Positions 59,149-64,000 of a stretch of DNA of 64,000 nt are shown piece after piece. The stretch comes from Chloroflexota bacterium. Lineage in GTDB: Bacteria; Chloroflexota; UBA11872; VXOZ01. Both the position numbers and the translations under genes were made by a program. A model generated the notes under the pieces. It worked only from the letters and a program-made list of their open reading frames with translations. It did not search any database and was not told the DNA's origin. The stretch lies in assembly GCA_963663275.1 (NCBI GenBank), contig OY760183.1, positions 960,001 through 1,024,000 on the forward strand. Reading direction: 5' to 3'. Numbering within the stretch: position 1 is the stretch's first letter; each line of letters starts with the position of its first letter.

Positions 59149-62100
59149 TCAGCGGGCTTCCGTCTCAGGAGCGTCGGCGGGTCCGGCGGCGTCTGCGCTT
59201 TTGCCGCCGGCCGCGTATATCAGCCCGCAGAGCGCGGCCGTCAGCCAGAACCAACTTGCCAGGTCCGGCAGAAAGTAGTAGTTGTCCAACAGTCCGTGGG
59301 TAACCGCCGCAAGCTGGCTGCCGACCAGGCCGACCGCCAAGGCGCGGGCGCCAGGGCCGCCGTCGAAGACCGCGCGGCGCGCCAGCAGGAAGAAGCGCCC
59401 CAGGAACGCCGCGATGAAGAGCAGTCCCGCCAGGCCCAGGCGCAGCCAGAAGTCCAGGAAGAGGTTATGGGGGTGCGAGAGGTTCGGTTCGCTGGCGGCC
59501 GCCGGGTCGAGGTATTGGGCGTAGACGTAGAGATAGTTGTCCAGCCCGACGCCGGTAAGCGGGTAGTCCGCGGCCATCCGCAGCGAGGACTGGCCTTGCA
59601 GCAGGCGCATGTGCGTGGTGGTGCCCGGCTCCAGGCTGAGCAGCGAGCGCACGCGCTCCGGGCCAAACGTCACACCCCCCGCCAGCAGCAGCGCGGCGGC
59701 CAAGACCACGCCGCCTGCCAGCCGCAGCCGCTGGCGGCGCTCCGGCCAGAGCGTCCAGATGAGGAAGAGCAGCAGGACGAAACCGGCCAGCCAACCGGCG
59801 CGGGAGAAACTGCCCACCAGCGTCAGCGCCAGCGCGGCGGCCAGCGGCCACGCCACGCGCCGCGGCCAGAGCCGGAACGCGCCCGCGGCCACCACGAACG
59901 GCAGCGCGCGCTCCACGATCATCGCCAGGTGGTTGGGCGAGGGATAGAACCCCGTGAGCCGCCGCACGCCTTCCGCCTCGATGGTGAAGCGCAGCCCGCT
60001 TTCCGCTCCCAGCGCGGCCGCGACCGGCGGCCCGGCCAGCGCCACGCCGGCCGCAACCGCGGTCCCGGCGGCGAACGCCTGTATCAACCGCCAGGCCTCT
60101 TGTCGATTCTCCAGCAGCCAACACGCGACTATGAACAGGAACACCGGCGCGACGATCGTCTGCCGCAGTTCGCGCAGGCTGAAGACCCCGTAGTGGGCAA
60201 AGAGCAGCGAGACCGCGCCAATCGCCAGCAAGCCCATCGCCCACCAGAAGAAGACGCGGCGCGGCGCCGGCCAGCGGCCTTGCAGGTAGGCGTGGGCAAT
60301 CAGGGAGCCGGTGAGCAGCAGGGTCAGCATCTCGCTCACCGGCAGCGCCAGGCCGCCGGTGTCCGGTACCAGCGCCGCGAACGGTAAGACCGCCGCCACG
60401 ACGTAGAGCAGCGCCCGGGGCCAGGCCAGCGCCGCGAGCGCCAGCAGCGCCAGCAGCAGGTATTGCGCCGCCGCGCCCGGCGCGAGCCAGAGCAGCGCCG
60501 CCAGCGGCAGGAGCAACGCGAACCGCGCTCCGTCGTGCCGCAGGATGCCGCCGTTCGACCAGACTGCGGCCTTTTGTACGAGCCGGCGCGGCCAATGCCG
60601 CCGCCGCAGCCAACCGGCCGCGGCCCAGCCCAGCGCGGCGACGAAGCCTGCGGAGAGGACGCCCACGATGACGTAGGGCCACAAGGGGCGCTCGCGCACG
60701 ACGACGATGGCGTCGATGTCAATGCCGCTGGCGCTGGACTGCGGGTGGCGCCGGCCCGTGATCTCGATTTCAACGACGTGTTCCCGGTCAGGCAGCCGGT
60801 CCGCCAGCAGCACCTCTTCCTGCCAGCGGTGCTCGGGCGCGTAGAGGTCCAGCGTCGCCTGGCCGCCGGCGTCCTTTGCCAGGCGGTGGGCCAGCGACTG
60901 GGAGCCGTTTATGCGCACCAGCGCGATGCCGGTATCCGGCCCCCGGCGCACCACCAGCGAGACCGCCGTGCCCCGGAACCGGAAGCGGAGTTTCGCGCCC
61001 GGCAGCGGCGTGCCCCGCGCCCCGCCCAGCACGTAGCGCGCGTCGTCGATGTGGAGCCACTCGCCTTCCCATTCCAGCGCCGGGTGCGACTCCTGGTGAT
61101 AGCCGACGCCCAGGGCGGGCGGGGCGCGCATCAGTTCCCGCATGGCCGTGAGCACCGGCCGCGGCGCGAAGTCCGCTTCCACCACGGCGAAGTGCTGCGT
61201 CGGATCGTCGGGGTTCGCCTGAGGCCAGTAGAAGTGCCAGAGGTTGATCAGCGGCAGCCAGGGCCACTCGCGTCGGGCGCGTTCCATCCCCGCTACCGTA
61301 TACCGCGCCTGGGTCTCCTCCGAGACGTTGCCCCACACCGACGGGTTCCCTTGCCAGTCCGGCGGCAGCGCGACCCAGCCGTACTCGCCGGCCCACACCG
61401 GCGTGGCCGCGTCGCCGTTGCGCACCATCACCTCCCGCACCAGCGCCGCCCGCGCGAAATTGGTGCGGCGCCGCGCAATGTAGCGGTCGTCCGGGCCGTA
61501 CCACAAGCCGTAGGAGGCGGTGCTGACCACGTCGAAGTACGGCGCGCCGCCGTGTTGGTACATGCCCTCCAGGAAGAGCAGTTCGCTGAGGTTCTGCGGC
61601 CCGGTCTCGGTGGTCGGCGCGAGCACGGCGGCCACGATGATCGCCTCCGGGTTCGCCTGCCGGATGCGTTGGGAGACCACCCGCAGCATGGCCGCGTAGG
61701 CCGCCGGATCCGGGTGGTGCGGCCACCATTCGCCGTGGAGATTAGGCTCGTTCCAGATTTGGAAGATGTTGAGGTCGCCGCGATACCGCTGCGCCAGGGC
61801 GTAGGCAAAGTCGCCGAAGTCCTCCAGCCGCGCCGGCGGCCCCTGGTGACGGCCGTCCGGCGGCGCGCCGTCGGCGTAGGCCCAGGGCGGCGGGCGTTCC
61901 AGGCGCGCGATGAGGGTCAGGTTGTGTTGCTTGGCGAGCGCCACCAGGCGGTCGTACTTCAGCCACGTGCTCGCCTGGGCCAGGTCGTTCCAGTACCTGC
62001 CCTTCCAGGGACGCTCGATGTCTTCCCAGGGAAAGACCTGGCGGATGTAGCGGAAGCCCGCCTCTTCCAGCAGGGCCATGCCGCGCTCGACCTTCTGCCA

Positions 62101-62334
62101 ATCCGGCTCCTGGTCGAAGCGCGTGTTGATGCCGTAGGGACGCACGTCGGCGTGGCGGATGGGATAGACCGACTCGCGTCCGTAGGCCACGCCGGTCTCG
62201 AACCAGAAGCGGTAGCCGACCAAGGCCAGGCTGGCCGCGCCGAGCACGAGCAGGAAGCCAACGAAGAAGAGGATTCGAGCCACGATGGGAGATTCTGCTC
62301 CTGGGGAACCGGTGTCTCCGCGCGCGGAGGCCAC
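59149..62334 (-). CDS. Fusion of a clan GH-A glycoside hydrolase, a beta-sandwich domain and an O-antigen ligase (Wzy_C)-like membrane domain
   Basis: FQIWNEPN and VWAGEYGW; RRLTGFYPSPNHLA, SFSRAGW, TGVGLDNY, SHPHNLFLDFWLRLG, HGLLDN. Confidence 0.85.
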   Translation of the reverse strand: MASARGDTGSPGAESPIVARILFFVGFLLVLGAASLALVGYRFWFETGVAYGRESVYPIRHADVRPYGINTRFDQEPDWQKVERGMALLEEAGFRYIRQVFPWEDIERPWKGRYWNDLAQASTWLKYDRLVALAKQHNLTLIARLERPPPWAYADGAPPDGRHQGPPARLEDFGDFAYALAQRYRGDLNIFQIWNEPNLHGEWWPHHPDPAAYAAMLRVVSQRIRQANPEAIIVAAVLAPTTETGPQNLSELLFLEGMYQHGGAPYFDVVSTASYGLWYGPDDRYIARRRTNFARAALVREVMVRNGDAATPVWAGEYGWVALPPDWQGNPSVWGNVSEETQARYTVAGMERARREWPWLPLINLWHFYWPQANPDDPTQHFAVVEADFAPRPVLTAMRELMRAPPALGVGYHQESHPALEWEGEWLHIDDARYVLGGARGTPLPGAKLRFRFRGTAVSLVVRRGPDTGIALVRINGSQSLAHRLAKDAGGQATLDLYAPEHRWQEEVLLADRLPDREHVVEIEITGRRHPQSSASGIDIDAIVVVRERPLWPYVIVGVLSAGFVAALGWAAAGWLRRRHWPRRLVQKAAVWSNGGILRHDGARFALLLPLAALLWLAPGAAAQYLLLALLALAALAWPRALLYVVAAVLPFAALVPDTGGLALPVSEMLTLLLTGSLIAHAYLQGRWPAPRRVFFWWAMGLLAIGAVSLLFAHYGVFSLRELRQTIVAPVFLFIVACWLLENRQEAWRLIQAFAAGTAVAAGVALAGPPVAAALGAESGLRFTIEAEGVRRLTGFYPSPNHLAMIVERALPFVVAAGAFRLWPRRVAWPLAAALALTLVGSFSRAGWLAGFVLLLFLIWTLWPERRQRLRLAGGVVLAAALLLAGGVTFGPERVRSLLSLEPGTTTHMRLLQGQSSLRMAADYPLTGVGLDNYLYVYAQYLDPAAASEPNLSHPHNLFLDFWLRLGLAGLLFIAAFLGRFFLLARRAVFDGGPGARALAVGLVGSQLAAVTHGLLDNYYFLPDLASWFWLTAALCGLIYAAGGKSADAAGPADAPETEAR

Positions 62335-62444
62335 GCGCTTGCGGACAGGCCGGCCAGTGGACTAACGCCGGCGGGCGCACACGGGCGCGGGAGGCGCAGC
62401 GGCCATGCTGCCAAACGCGCGCGGCGAGCGGCTTGCGCCGCGGT

Positions 62445-63587
62445 TCAGACCGCCGCCGCCAGCGCTTCCCGCGCCGGGGTCAGCGCGCGGTCGATGCGGC
62501 CGCCGCCGATTACCTCGTCGTCCCGGTAGAAGACCGCCGCCTGGCCGGGCGCCACCGCGCGGATCGGCTGGTCGAACGTCACGCGCGCTTCGCCGTCCCC
62601 GTCCGGCTCCACGGTGGCCGCCGCTGCCTCCATGCGGTAGCGGGTGCGCACGCTGACGCGCGCCGGCGCCGCGGGCGGCGCGTCAGCCACCCAGTGCACG
62701 TCAATCGCTTGCAGGGCGTGCGCGTAGAGGTCCTCGCGTTCGCCCACGATTACCCGATTGCCCTCCGGGTCCAGCGCAATCACGTAGAGCGGCCGCGGCC
62801 ACGTGAGGCCCAGTCCCCGGCGCTGGCCGACGGTGTAATTGATAATGCCGTCGTGTTCGCCCAGCACGCGGCCGTCCTTATAGCAAATGGGGCCGGAGGC
62901 GCCGATGCCGGGCTGCCAGGACTCCAGGAACTCGCGGTAGTTGTCGCTGGTCACGAAGCAAATCTCGTAGCTATCCGGCTTATCGGCCACGTGGAGGCCG
63001 TAGCGCCGCGCCAACGCGCGGGTTTCAGTCTTCGTCTGCGACCCCATCGGGAACATGGTTCCCGCCAGTTGATCCTGGCCGAGCATATAGAGCACGTAGG
63101 ACTGGTCCTTCTGCGGATCCAGCGCGCGCAGCAGGCGGTAGCGGCCGGCGGCGGCATCGTGCTGGACGCGCGCGTAGTGGCCGGTGGCGAGGTAGTCGGC
63201 GTCGAGCGCCCGCGCCCGCTCCAGGAAGGCCGCGAACTTGACGTACTGGTTGCAGTCCACGCACGGGTTGGGCGTGCGGCCGGCGGCGTAGGACGCGACG
63301 AACCGCGCCATCACCTCCCGCGCGAAGAGGTCGCGGAAGTTCAGCGAGTAATGAGGAATGCCGATGCGGTCCGCCACCCGCTGGGCGTCGTGCGTGGCGC
63401 TGAGCGAGCAGCAGGCGTGGAGGCGTGTATCCACCATGCCCTTCTGCCAGACGTTGAGCGTGATGCCAATCACCTCGTGGCCCTGCTCGGCAAGCATGGC
63501 GGCCACCACGGAGGAATCGACGCCGCCGGACATCGCCACCACGATGCGCGACGGCTTGGCTGCCTGTGGGAGTGCGTGTGTGATCAT
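62445..63587 (-). CDS. mnmA: tRNA 2-thiouridylase
   Basis: AMSGGVDSS, TPNPCVDCN, ATGHYA, KDQSYVL, YTVGQRRG, APGQAAV. Confidence 0.97.
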   Translation of the reverse strand: MITHALPQAAKPSRIVVAMSGGVDSSVVAAMLAEQGHEVIGITLNVWQKGMVDTRLHACCSLSATHDAQRVADRIGIPHYSLNFRDLFAREVMARFVASYAAGRTPNPCVDCNQYVKFAAFLERARALDADYLATGHYARVQHDAAAGRYRLLRALDPQKDQSYVLYMLGQDQLAGTMFPMGSQTKTETRALARRYGLHVADKPDSYEICFVTSDNYREFLESWQPGIGASGPICYKDGRVLGEHDGIINYTVGQRRGLGLTWPRPLYVIALDPEGNRVIVGEREDLYAHALQAIDVHWVADAPPAAPARVSVRTRYRMEAAAATVEPDGDGEARVTFDQPIRAVAPGQAAVFYRDDEVIGGGRIDRALTPAREALAAAV

Positions 63588-63790
63588 AGCACCGTTAAGT
63601 GTAGCATATTTGCCCCGCCGGCCCGCGTGGGATGGGCCGGCTACCCCTGGCGGGGGACGAGCCCCCGCGCTACGGCCGGTGCCCCGCGTTGGGATGGGCG
63701 CCGGCGCTCATTGGTCGCGCGCGGCTCATGCGCTATACTGGGTGGCAGCAAGAGCCGGCCGTACGTCCGCCTATCGCAAAGCCGCAGCGC

Positions 63791-64000
63791 ATGACACTCG
63801 ACGTTCCGATTCGCGTCCGCTATGCCGAAACCGACGCCATGGGCGTGGCGTATCACGGCCATTACTTCACGTGGTTCGAAGTGGCCCGGGTGGAGTTGAT
63901 GCGCGCGTTGGGGCTGCGCTACCGGGACCTGGAGACGGAGGGCATCTTCCTGCCGGTGGTGGAGTGCCGCGCGCGCTTCCTGGCCGCAGCGCGCTACGAC
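63791..64000 (+). CDS. YbgC/FadM-family acyl-CoA thioesterase (runs off the window)
   Basis: MTLDVPIRVRYAETDAMGVAYHGHYFTWFEVAR. Confidence 0.9.
   Translation, partial: MTLDVPIRVRYAETDAMGVAYHGHYFTWFEVARVELMRALGLRYRDLETEGIFLPVVECRARFLAAARYD

Overview
A GC-rich bacterial chromosomal segment with about 45 genes. The taxon is probably Chloroflexota; this is an inference from DUF6062, Tat lipoprotein solute-binding proteins, YfhO/GT-C membrane proteins and LysM/PD40 lipoproteins. Housekeeping genes are guaA, tmk, a phosphoglucomutase/phosphomannomutase, mutL, dprA, lipB, aroF, aroA and mnmA. Transport genes include an Aap/Bzt amino-acid ABC operon with a duplicated binding protein, an ABC-2 exporter, orphan binding proteins and an NCS2 permease. 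Several amidohydrolase and phosphoesterase genes are also present. I found no rRNA, tRNA, CRISPR array, transposase or integrase. Main observations: (1) a Tyr/Phe-rich leader peptide with an overlapping antiterminator/terminator upstream of aroF-ahpD-aroA; (2) a 162-178 bp MITE with IS4-like 17-bp inverted ends that inserts into a GTAG-REP hairpin with an 11-bp duplication and carries its own target site; (3) a second 148-149 bp MITE whose two inverted copies bracket a glycosyltransferase gene; (4) at least six palindromic repeat families, several amplified into tandem arrays and one apparently in frame in GuaA; (5) three large membrane glycosylation proteins, two sharing an unnamed ~110-aa module and one fusing a glycoside hydrolase to an O-antigen-ligase domain; (6) an orphan ThsB-like TIR gene, a LysM protein with active and pseudo zincin copies, and three tandem TolB-like propeller lipoproteins. 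All calls were made by eye from the sequence and ORF track, with no database searches.
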